A DNA stretch of 64,000 bases from an uncultured Verrucomicrobiota bacterium (lineage in GTDB: Bacteria > Verrucomicrobiota > Kiritimatiellia > CAJWTS01): positions 16,634-80,633 of the forward strand of contig CAJWTS010000008.1 in the NCBI GenBank assembly GCA_913047795.1, given 5' to 3'. Made by a program: the position numbers and the translations under genes. The notes below the pieces were generated by a model, which was given only the letters and a program-made list of their open reading frames with translations, did not search any database and was not told the DNA's origin. Position 1 is the first letter of the stretch. Every line of letters begins with the position of its first letter. This document shows positions 52,194-60,674 of the stretch, in pieces.

Positions 52194-55100
52194 CTACGAC
52201 AGCGGGAATTTTAACGTGCGAATTTCAAACGGGCGCAGGTCCATCCGGATCTCACCGTCACGGATCTCGACGGCATCGCCATCTTCCTCGAGCAGGTTGC
52301 AGTCTCGCGCGGATGCGAACGGTAACGATGTGCGCAACACCGCCGGGCCGCGTCCGCCATGCGCCTCGTAGAGCCGGACAATCAACGAATCGCCGTCTTC
52401 GGCAATCTTGACGGCCTCGATCACGACGCCCGGCCGATCGACGGCAAACCATGAATCGGCATCCGCCGTCTGCGTGGGCCGTCCTGATCGCACCACCAAC
52501 GGCACGTTGAAGTCGTACGCGGCCTCGATCACACCGGCGTGCTGAAACGATCCAGCATGCGGGAACAGGGCATACGAAAACCGGTGCGCGCCTTCGTCCG
52601 CCACGGGGTCGGGCGCGGTCGGACCACGCAGCAAGCTCAGTCGCATGACGCCGCCGTACACATCGTGGCCGTACTTGCAGTCATTGAGTAGTGCGACGCC
52701 ATAACCCGCCTCCGACAGATCCACCCATTTCTGTCCGCAGACCTCGAAGCGCGCCATGTCCCAACTCGTGTTGTAGTGGGTCGGGCGCTCGGCATGCCCG
52801 TATTGGATCTCGTACGTTGCCCGCGCGGAGCGCACGTTCACCGGGAACGCGGCCTTCAGAAAGCGATGCCGCTCATGCCAGTCGACCTGCGTGTGAAAAT
52901 CCAGACGCGGCGACCCGGCCTGCAAGACGATCGTTTGCTCGAGCGTCGATTGACCAAAGGCGCGCCGGACGCGCACAACGACCCGCAGCGGCCCGGACTC
53001 CAGAACGTCGAGCGCCGTGAGGCCGCCCACGTTCTCGACCTTTTCCTTATAGAAGAGGTCCACATCCCACGCGTCCCACGCGTTTGGCAGATCCTCGTGC
53101 AACTGCAACAGGTTCCCCTGCTCGCCCGGTGTCAGCACCTGCCGGTCGGCACGCCGATCGTGGATCTCCGCAAGATTGCCATCGGCGTTGATCACCACGC
53201 GCAGCAACCCATTGTCCAATTCAATGCAGCCGTCGCCCTCTGTCACGCCGACGGGCGCCATGCCGTCCGGCAAACCGGTCGCTGCCGAATCGACAACCGC
53301 GTAGCCGCAGGACGGTACAGAGACGTAGATTGGCGCCCCCTTCAGGCCATCAATCACCTCGCGACGCTCGTGCCCCAGCGTATTGCAAACCGTGACCGCA
53401 TCACCGGCCGTGATCAACTGCGCCAATGCGTCGTCGCGCACCTGTTCGCCAAGCGCGTGAATGGTCGCGTAGTCGTTGTCACTGTCCCGGTAGACCCAAT
53501 TGATCGACGAGCCGGGAATGATGTCGTGAAACTGGTTGAGCAGCAGCAGCTTCCAGGCGCGATCCAACGCGCCGACTCGGCCGCGACGCGCCTCCGCATC
53601 CGCGCGCAGGTGGGTGTCATATACAGCCCGGTCCGGCGCCTGCGGCGTGATCGAGTCACCATCGGCGCCCCCATTGAGGACGCAATCCACGGCATCGAAG
53701 AACTCGGCGTCGCGTAACAGGCATTCGCCCTTGCGATTGCCGCGCTTGTTGCGCGCCTGGGTCGTGAGGGTCGCGCGGTGCAGTTCGAGATAAAGCTCCC
53801 CTACCCACACGGGCGGATCCACGGCATCGGCCTCGGCCTTCGGGAAAAAGTCCGACACCTTTTCCAGTTCCACGCGCGGCAATCCCTCAAAGTCTTTCAG
53901 ACGGCGCGCAAATTCCAGCATGCCGCGCGTCGGCCCACCACCCCCGTCGCCGTAGCCGTAGGCGTAGAGCGAACGTGTCGCGCGGTCGTTCTCACGAAAA
54001 CGCGTCGCCGCACCCATCACCTCCGAAGGGTTGAAACGGCCGTTGTAGGTATCCGCCGGGGGGAAATGCGTCAGGATGCGCGTGCCGTCGATTCCCTCCC
54101 AGAGGAAGGTGTGGTGCGGAAACGAGTTGAACTGGTTCCACGAAATTTTCTGGGTCAGAAAATAGCGAATGCCGGACTGGGCCATGATCTGCGGCAATGC
54201 GGCGCTATAACCAAAGACATCCGGGATCCAGAGGTCGATTGTATCGACACCAAACTCGTCCTTGAAGAATCGCTTGCCGTGCAGGATCTGGCGCACGAGC
54301 GACTCGCCGGACGTCACATTGCAATCGGCCTCGATCCACATGGAGCCGATGGCCTCCCATTGCCCCCGCTGAATCGCCGCGCGAATGTCTTCGTAGATCG
54401 TGGGGTAATGCGCCTTCATCCAGCTATACTGTTGCGCCTGCGAACATCCGAAGATGTACTCGGGGTACTCCTTCATGTATTCGATCGCCGTCGAGAACGT
54501 GCGTGCGCACTTGCGCACCGTCTCGCGCAGGGGCCAGAGCCAGGCTGTGTCGATATGCGCATGCCCGATCGCCGACACGGTGTGCGCCGTTTCGCTGTTC
54601 GTGCGACGCATGACATCGACCAAGCATTGCCGCGCTGCCGGAATCGTCGATCGATCCCCGGGCATCAACGCATTCACGGCCGCATTGAGCGCGTACATAA
54701 CCTGCCCATGACGCGGGCCATCTTCGGGCAAGGCATTGAGCGCATCGGCACAGAGCACGAAGTCGTGATAGAGCGCCCAGGCATCGACATCCACCCGTGC
54801 GATTTCGGCCTGCTTCAGCGTGAGCCACGCCGGGCAATCGTAATCAGGAAGCAGCAGTGGCGCATCGTAATTCGTGTCGGTGCGGGGATTACTGGCCGCT
54901 TCAACGTGCAGCAACACATCTTCGCCGCCGATCGCGGAATCGATCAACGGCGCATCGTGGCGGACGAGATTCACCGCACCGCGAGGACGTCCGTCACGCC
55001 AGATCATGCCCTCCACGCCAAAGCCTTCGCCCCAGCCCGCGAATCCAAGATCGATCAGGGTGACGACGCGACCACCCGCCCACTGCGCGGGCACCTGACC

Positions 55101-55376
55101 ACTGAATCGAAACCAGGTGGTATCCCAGGCGCCGCCCCAGGTCAGACCGATCTCCACCGACTCATAGTCCGCCGCCAGGGCCACGTCCGGACCAACCGGC
55201 TCGCCACCCACCACGTAACGCGCGACTTCGAGCGGTTCCCGGGCCTCGTAGAGGAGCGGTTCGATGACGCGCGTGATTGTATTCTTTATGCGTTCGCGTG
55301 TGACTGAAGGATGTTTAAGCATATCGATTGCTCCGTTCGCGAAACGCACCACGCGCATCGCGACAAGTCCGGTCAC
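52194..55376 (-). CDS. GH38 alpha-mannosidase
   Basis: VSAIGHAHIDTAWLWPLRETVRKCARTFS...EYIFGCSQAQQY...GQWE.IGSMWIEADCN.TSGESLVRQ. 1060 aa. An alternative start is ATG 55322. Confidence 0.9.
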   Translation of the reverse strand: MTGLVAMRVVRFANGAIDMLKHPSVTRERIKNTITRVIEPLLYEAREPLEVARYVVGGEPVGPDVALAADYESVEIGLTWGGAWDTTWFRFSGQVPAQWAGGRVVTLIDLGFAGWGEGFGVEGMIWRDGRPRGAVNLVRHDAPLIDSAIGGEDVLLHVEAASNPRTDTNYDAPLLLPDYDCPAWLTLKQAEIARVDVDAWALYHDFVLCADALNALPEDGPRHGQVMYALNAAVNALMPGDRSTIPAARQCLVDVMRRTNSETAHTVSAIGHAHIDTAWLWPLRETVRKCARTFSTAIEYMKEYPEYIFGCSQAQQYSWMKAHYPTIYEDIRAAIQRGQWEAIGSMWIEADCNVTSGESLVRQILHGKRFFKDEFGVDTIDLWIPDVFGYSAALPQIMAQSGIRYFLTQKISWNQFNSFPHHTFLWEGIDGTRILTHFPPADTYNGRFNPSEVMGAATRFRENDRATRSLYAYGYGDGGGGPTRGMLEFARRLKDFEGLPRVELEKVSDFFPKAEADAVDPPVWVGELYLELHRATLTTQARNKRGNRKGECLLRDAEFFDAVDCVLNGGADGDSITPQAPDRAVYDTHLRADAEARRGRVGALDRAWKLLLLNQFHDIIPGSSINWVYRDSDNDYATIHALGEQVRDDALAQLITAGDAVTVCNTLGHERREVIDGLKGAPIYVSVPSCGYAVVDSAATGLPDGMAPVGVTEGDGCIELDNGLLRVVINADGNLAEIHDRRADRQVLTPGEQGNLLQLHEDLPNAWDAWDVDLFYKEKVENVGGLTALDVLESGPLRVVVRVRRAFGQSTLEQTIVLQAGSPRLDFHTQVDWHERHRFLKAAFPVNVRSARATYEIQYGHAERPTHYNTSWDMARFEVCGQKWVDLSEAGYGVALLNDCKYGHDVYGGVMRLSLLRGPTAPDPVADEGAHRFSYALFPHAGSFQHAGVIEAAYDFNVPLVVRSGRPTQTADADSWFAVDRPGVVIEAVKIAEDGDSLIVRLYEAHGGRGPAVLRTSLPFASARDCNLLEEDGDAVEIRDGEIRMDLRPFEIRTLKFPLS

Positions 55377-55521
55377 GATAGCCGTCCTCGCCTCCTATTC
55401 AACACCGAAGTTCGCCTATCGGCCTTTGCCATTGCAGTCGCTTTCTGCTCAACGGCACCCACCAAAGTGCTGCAGCCGACAGCAACCTCGCTTCACGGTT
55501 TGGCTGCGGCTAAGCTTGGCC

Positions 55522-55908
55522 ATGAACGTGAGAGCCGCATTCATATACCTATTCAACGTCCTCGTGCATAATCGGCCCGTCCTCCTCCTGATCGGGTGGC
55601 TAAACCGTCGATGGCATTTCCTGACGACGATATTCGTGACGTATCCCGCAACAGAGGACTATGCCAGGGCTTACGAAACGCCAAGAGGTCGTGAGATCAT
55701 GCGGTGGTCGCCGTGGCTTGTGGAATTCTACCGTCAGAATGGGAAACTCGGACTCTCTACCGTTATTTCCTCAACCGAGGATCAATTCCGAGACCCCGAG
55801 AACGCCGGCAAGCTACAGGCAATGGTGAACGAAGCTCACGTGATCGGCGACCTTGTCGGAGCTTCGCAGGCGTTCTGCCTGGGATTCTCAATGCACACCG
55901 CATTGTGA
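55522..55908 (+). CDS. COG5322-like (predicted amino-acid dehydrogenase / acyl-ACP-reductase-like) N-terminal part
   Basis: FLTTIFVTYPATEDYARAY...KLQAMVNEAHVIGDLVGASQAFCLGFS resembles the N-terminal half of this family. It stops at TGA 55906-55908. The track ORF start 55264 overlaps the GH38 gene. Confidence 0.5.
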   Translation: MNVRAAFIYLFNVLVHNRPVLLLIGWLNRRWHFLTTIFVTYPATEDYARAYETPRGREIMRWSPWLVEFYRQNGKLGLSTVISSTEDQFRDPENAGKLQAMVNEAHVIGDLVGASQAFCLGFSMHTAL

Positions 55909-56411
55909 AAGGCTCCGTTGAGGCGCGGGTGACCGTCGAGACCATCGTGCGAGCCGAGGAAGCGCTTCGCGCCTCCGTCGGCATGAACAAAGACACGCCA
56001 CTTGTGCTTCTGGGGGCAAATGGTTTCATTGGCCGCAGAGCCAGCCGCAGGCTGGACCACCGGACAATCTACTCGGCTGATCCGACCCTTCAGCCCATCG
56101 AGACCGATAAACAATGGCGACGGGATCTCCAGGGCCTCCCTGTCATTGTCCTCAACCTCGCAACACCAGACGCACTACGCAAAATCGTGACGGACCTGTG
56201 GCGGGAAGCGGTCGTGCTCAATGAAGTCTATCCAGAGCCCAACGCAACAACCTGTGCAGCCCTACGGGCTGCCGGGTGTGCTGTCTATCATATCACCGGG
56301 CTGCGAGCTCTAGCCATTCCGCCATTTCCAAACGTGTACCGCAATGGAATTCTCTGTTGCGCTGGACGCATGTGCGAATCAATGGAACCAATAATCACGA
56401 AACTGAACTGA
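55905..56411 (+). CDS. COG5322-like NAD(P)-binding C-terminal part (split or frameshifted continuation)
   Basis: The GTG at 55905 overlaps the previous stop (GTGA). VETIVRAEEALRASVGMNKDTPLVLLGANGFIGRRASRRL is a Rossmann GxGxxG segment, and ...VIVLNLATP... follows. Confidence 0.5.
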   Translation: MKGSVEARVTVETIVRAEEALRASVGMNKDTPLVLLGANGFIGRRASRRLDHRTIYSADPTLQPIETDKQWRRDLQGLPVIVLNLATPDALRKIVTDLWREAVVLNEVYPEPNATTCAALRAAGCAVYHITGLRALAIPPFPNVYRNGILCCAGRMCESMEPIITKLN

Positions 56412-56456
56412 TGAGCATGGCGAACAAGACGCCTCAACGGACCCTGCCCCTTCGCA

Positions 56457-56486
56457 AGCAAGATTGCTTTCGTAAGCAAGTTTGCT
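56457..56486. promoter_or_regulatory. Two tandem 12-bp palindromes AGCAAgaTTGCT / AGCAAgtTTGCT (candidate operator pair)
   Basis: The sites are 56457-56468 and 56475-56486, with centres 18 bp apart. They lie 48-77 nt upstream of ATG 56534. Confidence 0.45.
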
Positions 56487-56533
56487 ATTATGAAGTGGAG
56501 CGCTGGTCAACAGGCCATTCGGACGGAGAATAG

Positions 56534-57457
56534 ATGAAGAAACTTGCAACGCTCATAACCAAGATATTCGTCTTGATCGTCGTTCTGTCTGCTGGAAGGC
56601 ACCTCCATGCCCAGACTTCGCACATCGATTCACTCAGTAGTGACGGGATACTCGTTTGGACAACGGAGGAGACCAACATATTCTGTGGCCTGGAATACAC
56701 AACCGACCTCACGGGACCCTGGTCGCATCAAATTGGGTTTTACTGGAATCAGTTTGTCACACACCAAACCAATATCTCCTATGTCGGAATACCAGAGGGA
56801 ATGGACAGACTGTTTATGCGCATTGCCTGTTCCTACGACAGCTTTCTTGGTGAACCATATGATGTTGATTCAAATGGAATCCCGGCCTTTGTAACCTCTG
56901 ACTACATCGACCTTGAGAAAATCGGTCGCATTTCAAGACTTCGATCCGGCACAGGGCACGACTATTCAGACGACTTTGAGTCGTGTAGATCCATGAAGCA
57001 CTATTATGAACCTGCCGTCACGAACTGGTCAGATATCCGGGTGTTCTCTCCCGTTGAAGGAACGCTGTACAACGTCGCCGAAGAGTCTGCCGGTGCCCAG
57101 GCCTGGATACAGTCTTCCAACTACCCCGCCTTTTTCTTCATTCTTTTCCACGTCGCCCTCGCGAATTCATTACATCCTGGCGACCCAGTCGCGGCGGGTG
57201 AACAAATTGGAACGCACATCGGCAATGAAACGACTTCCGACATCGCCGTTGGAGTGAATACTCCCACAGGCTGGAAACTGGTATCCTTCTTTGACGTCAT
57301 GACCAACACCCTTTTCGCCGACTACACCAACCGGGGTGTGAATGCGCGCAGCGATCTGATTATTTCCGAAGCAGAACGTAATGCAGATCCCCTGGTATGC
57401 GCTGGCGAGACCTTTGCCGGTCCAGGTAACCTCACGAACTGGGTACTCCTTGATTAG
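56534..57457 (+). CDS. Secreted hypothetical protein
   Basis: MKKLATLITKIFVLIVVLSAGRHLHAQ is a signal peptide. 307 aa. GC is clearly lower than the window average. I recognise no confident family. Confidence 0.6.
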   Translation: MKKLATLITKIFVLIVVLSAGRHLHAQTSHIDSLSSDGILVWTTEETNIFCGLEYTTDLTGPWSHQIGFYWNQFVTHQTNISYVGIPEGMDRLFMRIACSYDSFLGEPYDVDSNGIPAFVTSDYIDLEKIGRISRLRSGTGHDYSDDFESCRSMKHYYEPAVTNWSDIRVFSPVEGTLYNVAEESAGAQAWIQSSNYPAFFFILFHVALANSLHPGDPVAAGEQIGTHIGNETTSDIAVGVNTPTGWKLVSFFDVMTNTLFADYTNRGVNARSDLIISEAERNADPLVCAGETFAGPGNLTNWVLLD

Positions 57458-57483
57458 ACCAGAGGAAGGCAGGGAAACAGCTG

Positions 57484-58362
57484 ATGCAGGACTTTAAAAT
57501 CGCACTTGTGCAACACGCCAGTCCACTGAGGAAGAAATCTCAGAATCTGGAGACCCTGATTGCATGGACACACAAGGCCAAGAAAGCGCGTGCCGACTTT
57601 GTCGTCTTCCCAGAGTTGAACATTACCGGACATGGCGGGCACGCCTCCATGATCCAGCATGCTGAGTCCATACCCGGTGGACCGGCTTGTCAAACCGTCA
57701 TGGAGTTGGCGCGTGACCTCGACATCTTCATCTGCGCGGGAATAGCCGAGCTGGACATGGAAACACCGTACAACTGCCAGTTCATCGTCGGCCCCGACGG
57801 CTTCGTCGGAAAACAACGGAAAGTCCATCTTTCCGGCGACGAGTACTTCTATTTTCGGCACGGAACAGATTTGCCGGTATTTCAGTTGCCGTTCGCCAAG
57901 GTTGGCATTGTTATCTGTTTCGACAATGGGATACCCGAGGTCGCAAGAACGCATGCCGTCAAGGGTGCCGAGGTCAGCCTGGGCGTGCATGCCGCCAGAG
58001 TCGGGAAGTGGCCAACCACGCCGGCGCAGAGAAAACTGACGATGAAATACTGGCTGAACCAATGGCGATTGATACATCCTGCACGCGCCCAGGATAACGG
58101 CTGTTATGTTTGTCTCAACAATACGATCGGACAGTCTGCGCGGGGCATCAGGGGAGTCGAAGCCAACCATATCGGCGGGCTGATGGTCTATGGTCCGGAC
58201 GGCAGACTCGTCGCGGAGAACAATGCCATTCGCATGAAGGAAGAGATGCTGGTTGTGCCTCTGGAAGCTGCACCCCTACACCAACGGCGCACGGCTGAGT
58301 GCTTCAATATACGCGTAAGGCGACCCGAATCCTTCGGGCCGTTGACGCAGCCAACAGACTAG
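57484..58362 (+). CDS. Carbon-nitrogen hydrolase (nitrilase superfamily) protein
   Basis: The Glu-Lys-Cys triad contexts are VVFPELNITG, KQRKVHL and VGIVICFDNGIPE. 292 aa. Confidence 0.85.
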   Translation: MQDFKIALVQHASPLRKKSQNLETLIAWTHKAKKARADFVVFPELNITGHGGHASMIQHAESIPGGPACQTVMELARDLDIFICAGIAELDMETPYNCQFIVGPDGFVGKQRKVHLSGDEYFYFRHGTDLPVFQLPFAKVGIVICFDNGIPEVARTHAVKGAEVSLGVHAARVGKWPTTPAQRKLTMKYWLNQWRLIHPARAQDNGCYVCLNNTIGQSARGIRGVEANHIGGLMVYGPDGRLVAENNAIRMKEEMLVVPLEAAPLHQRRTAECFNIRVRRPESFGPLTQPTD

Positions 58363-58500
58363 CCTGCCAACATCATAATCCGATTCCCGCTGCGGGGATG
58401 AAACAAACCAGACCGCTTAGCATGGAAAACCGATACAAGCCACACCCATCGCCCGGATATTTTCCCTGAACAACTGCACAGAATTCACAGCCAGATACCG

Positions 58501-59262
58501 TTGAATAAGTACGACCAGTCCTACTACCGTGGTGAAGAGGACGGAGAGGCGGTACGCAAGGGCTCCGACCTTGTCCACCGGTTCGACAGCCACTGGTGGT
58601 CCAACCGTTTCTATAGCCGGCTCTGCCGGTCTGCGCTGGGGCGATCCGGAGGCGCGCGTTTACTGGAGCTGGGATCGGCGCATGGATACATCCTTCAATC
58701 GCTCAGCGCTCGTTTCGAAACCTACGGCCTCGATCTATCCGAGTATGCCGTCGGCGTCTGCCACGACATCAGCCCCAGATCTGAGGTCGTTGTCACCGAC
58801 ATCGAGTCCGGAATCGAAAACGCATTCGAGGGCAAGTCGTTCGACTGCATCCTGGCCAAATACGTGCTAGAACACCTCGCAGATCCGGGCGCCGTGATAC
58901 AGGCTTGTCATCGACGCCTCAACGACGGTGGAACCTTGATTTTCTCCGTACCGAACACAAGCTCTCTGCTGCGCAAATGCAAGGGCGGCGACTGGATCGG
59001 GACGCGCGATACCACCCATGTCTCCCTGCTGCGCCCGGAAGAGTGGTACGCCCATTTGACGTCGGCCGGATTCCTGATTCGCAAGGCCTTCTCGGACGGC
59101 TTCTGGGATGTGCCGTACCTTAAAGGGATTCCTGCTGTGCTACAGCTGCCGGTGTTCGGCTGCTTGAGCATGATCGAGATCCTGACCTGCATTCCCTTCA
59201 TCCCGGTGCGTTGGGGTGAAAACCTGATCGTGATCGCGCAGAAAGCGCGCGACACGGCGTGA
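58501..59262 (+). CDS. Class I SAM-dependent methyltransferase
   Basis: Motif I is LLELGSAHGYIL. Downstream blocks are FDCILAKYVLEHL and LNDGGTLIFSVPN. TTG start. Confidence 0.8.
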   Translation: MNKYDQSYYRGEEDGEAVRKGSDLVHRFDSHWWSNRFYSRLCRSALGRSGGARLLELGSAHGYILQSLSARFETYGLDLSEYAVGVCHDISPRSEVVVTDIESGIENAFEGKSFDCILAKYVLEHLADPGAVIQACHRRLNDGGTLIFSVPNTSSLLRKCKGGDWIGTRDTTHVSLLRPEEWYAHLTSAGFLIRKAFSDGFWDVPYLKGIPAVLQLPVFGCLSMIEILTCIPFIPVRWGENLIVIAQKARDTA

Positions 59263-59269
59263 ATCGTCG

Positions 59270-60430
59270 TTGGATCGGTGTCCGGATTCGGTTACTTTCG
59301 GAGGTCGAACGAAAGGCCGACGACCGATAAAGATTCAACGTTTCATCTACTCGCGCTTGCTCGACCGCATCATTGGCCTCCCGCTCTGCCGCCTGCTCGG
59401 GCGACGCCCCGCCCCGCAGAACGGCTCGGTCGATCCCGCCGCCATTCGCCGCGTACTGGTTATTCGGCCAGGCGGTATCGGTGATATGGTCCTGGTCCTG
59501 CCGCTGATCAACGCACTCGGCCGCCTCGCTCCGCAAGCCACCATCACGCTCGTCGCCGAGGCACGCAACGCGGCGATCGCGCAACCACAGGTAGACAACG
59601 TGCGGCTCTACGATCGCTCGCCCGCCAGCCTCTGGGCGCATCTGCGAGCCACGCCGTACGACGTCGTGATCGATACCGAACAGTTCCACTACCTCAGTGC
59701 CGTGGCGACCCACCTGGCCCGGTCGCCGGTGAAGATCGGCTTCGACACGTTCGGACGTGGTCGGTTGTACACCCACCCGGCCCACTACGACGTGAACGCT
59801 TACGAAGCACAAAACTTTCTGGGCCTGCTCAAGCCGCTTAGTGGCGAATTGACGTTCGAGGAGGACGTGCCGTTCATGCGGTTGCCGGAAGCGGCACGTG
59901 CCCGCGCGGAGCAAAACACGCAACGTTTCGGCACGCGGAAACCCGTCGGGATCTGCATGGGCGCGTCCGTACGGCGCAAGCACTGGGATCGTGCCAAGTT
60001 CGAGTCGGTCGCCCGCCGGCTCGTCGACGACGGACACCCGGTCGTTATTCTCGGGGGCCGTGAGGACCGTGAAGCGGGCCGGACGCTGGCCGCCCGAATC
60101 GGCGACGGGGTCGCCAATTACTGCGGCACACTCGACCTCGCGGCTTCGTCGGCGATGATTGAACGATGTTGCGCGTTCTTGAGTTGTGACTCCGCCTTGA
60201 TGCATATTGCCTATGCTCTCGGCGTGCCGACCCTGAGCCTCTACGGCCCGGGCTCGGCTCGTAAGTGGGCGCCGCGCGGCGCGCGGCATCGTGTTATTTC
60301 GAAAGACTTCGCGTGTAGTCCCTGTATGACGTTCGGGCGCATCGCCCGCTGCGATCACGCGTTCGCCTGTATGCGCACCATTGAGCCCGATGACGTTGTA
60401 GCGCAGTTGAAGAAAGTTATCCAGACATGA
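59270..60430 (+). CDS. Family 9 glycosyltransferase (LPS heptosyltransferase-like)
   Basis: IRRVLVIRPGGIGDMVLVLPLINAL..., and C-terminal SCDSALMHIAYALGVPTLSLYGP. TTG is the only in-frame start. Confidence 0.8.
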   Translation: MDRCPDSVTFGGRTKGRRPIKIQRFIYSRLLDRIIGLPLCRLLGRRPAPQNGSVDPAAIRRVLVIRPGGIGDMVLVLPLINALGRLAPQATITLVAEARNAAIAQPQVDNVRLYDRSPASLWAHLRATPYDVVIDTEQFHYLSAVATHLARSPVKIGFDTFGRGRLYTHPAHYDVNAYEAQNFLGLLKPLSGELTFEEDVPFMRLPEAARARAEQNTQRFGTRKPVGICMGASVRRKHWDRAKFESVARRLVDDGHPVVILGGREDREAGRTLAARIGDGVANYCGTLDLAASSAMIERCCAFLSCDSALMHIAYALGVPTLSLYGPGSARKWAPRGARHRVISKDFACSPCMTFGRIARCDHAFACMRTIEPDDVVAQLKKVIQT

Positions 60431-60669
60431 GCCAACCGAACGGATGGCTCATCACGAGCGACCGGCAGCACCACGACACACTCGGTGTCACAAACCTTCG
60501 CATCCAGACGCCCGCCCCGGATCGGCTCTGCAACGAGGGTACGGGCCAATGGACAAACCTCTGGAACAGGCCAGCGCATGCAGCAATCACGTCCGCGCTG
60601 CTGCATCGATTCATGCCATCGGAACTGATGCACGAACCCACACGCATGCCACGCATCTGTGACGCCTGA
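60427..60669 (+). pseudogene. 80-codon remnant resembling a sulfatase N-terminus with a destroyed CxPxR site
   Basis: QPNGWLITSDRQHHDTLG...IQTPAPDRLCNEG....TNLWNRPAHAAITSALLHRFMPSE parallels PNILLITSDQHRxDxLG...TPNLDRLAxEG..FTNAY..xPVCxPSRASLLTGRYPS. Cys is replaced by His and PSR by AIT. The ATG overlaps the GT9 stop, and the ORF ends 5 nt before the GH3 start. Confidence 0.45.
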
Positions 60670-60674
60670 TCGAG

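Noticed and set aside
53778-55307. 509-aa plus-strand ORF. The ORFs 52776-53717 and 52691-53020 are similar.
   Set aside because: They are antisense shadows of the GH38 alpha-mannosidase gene.
59198-60358. 386-aa minus-strand ORF.
   Set aside because: It is antisense to the GT9 heptosyltransferase-like gene. The translation is low-complexity and Arg-rich.
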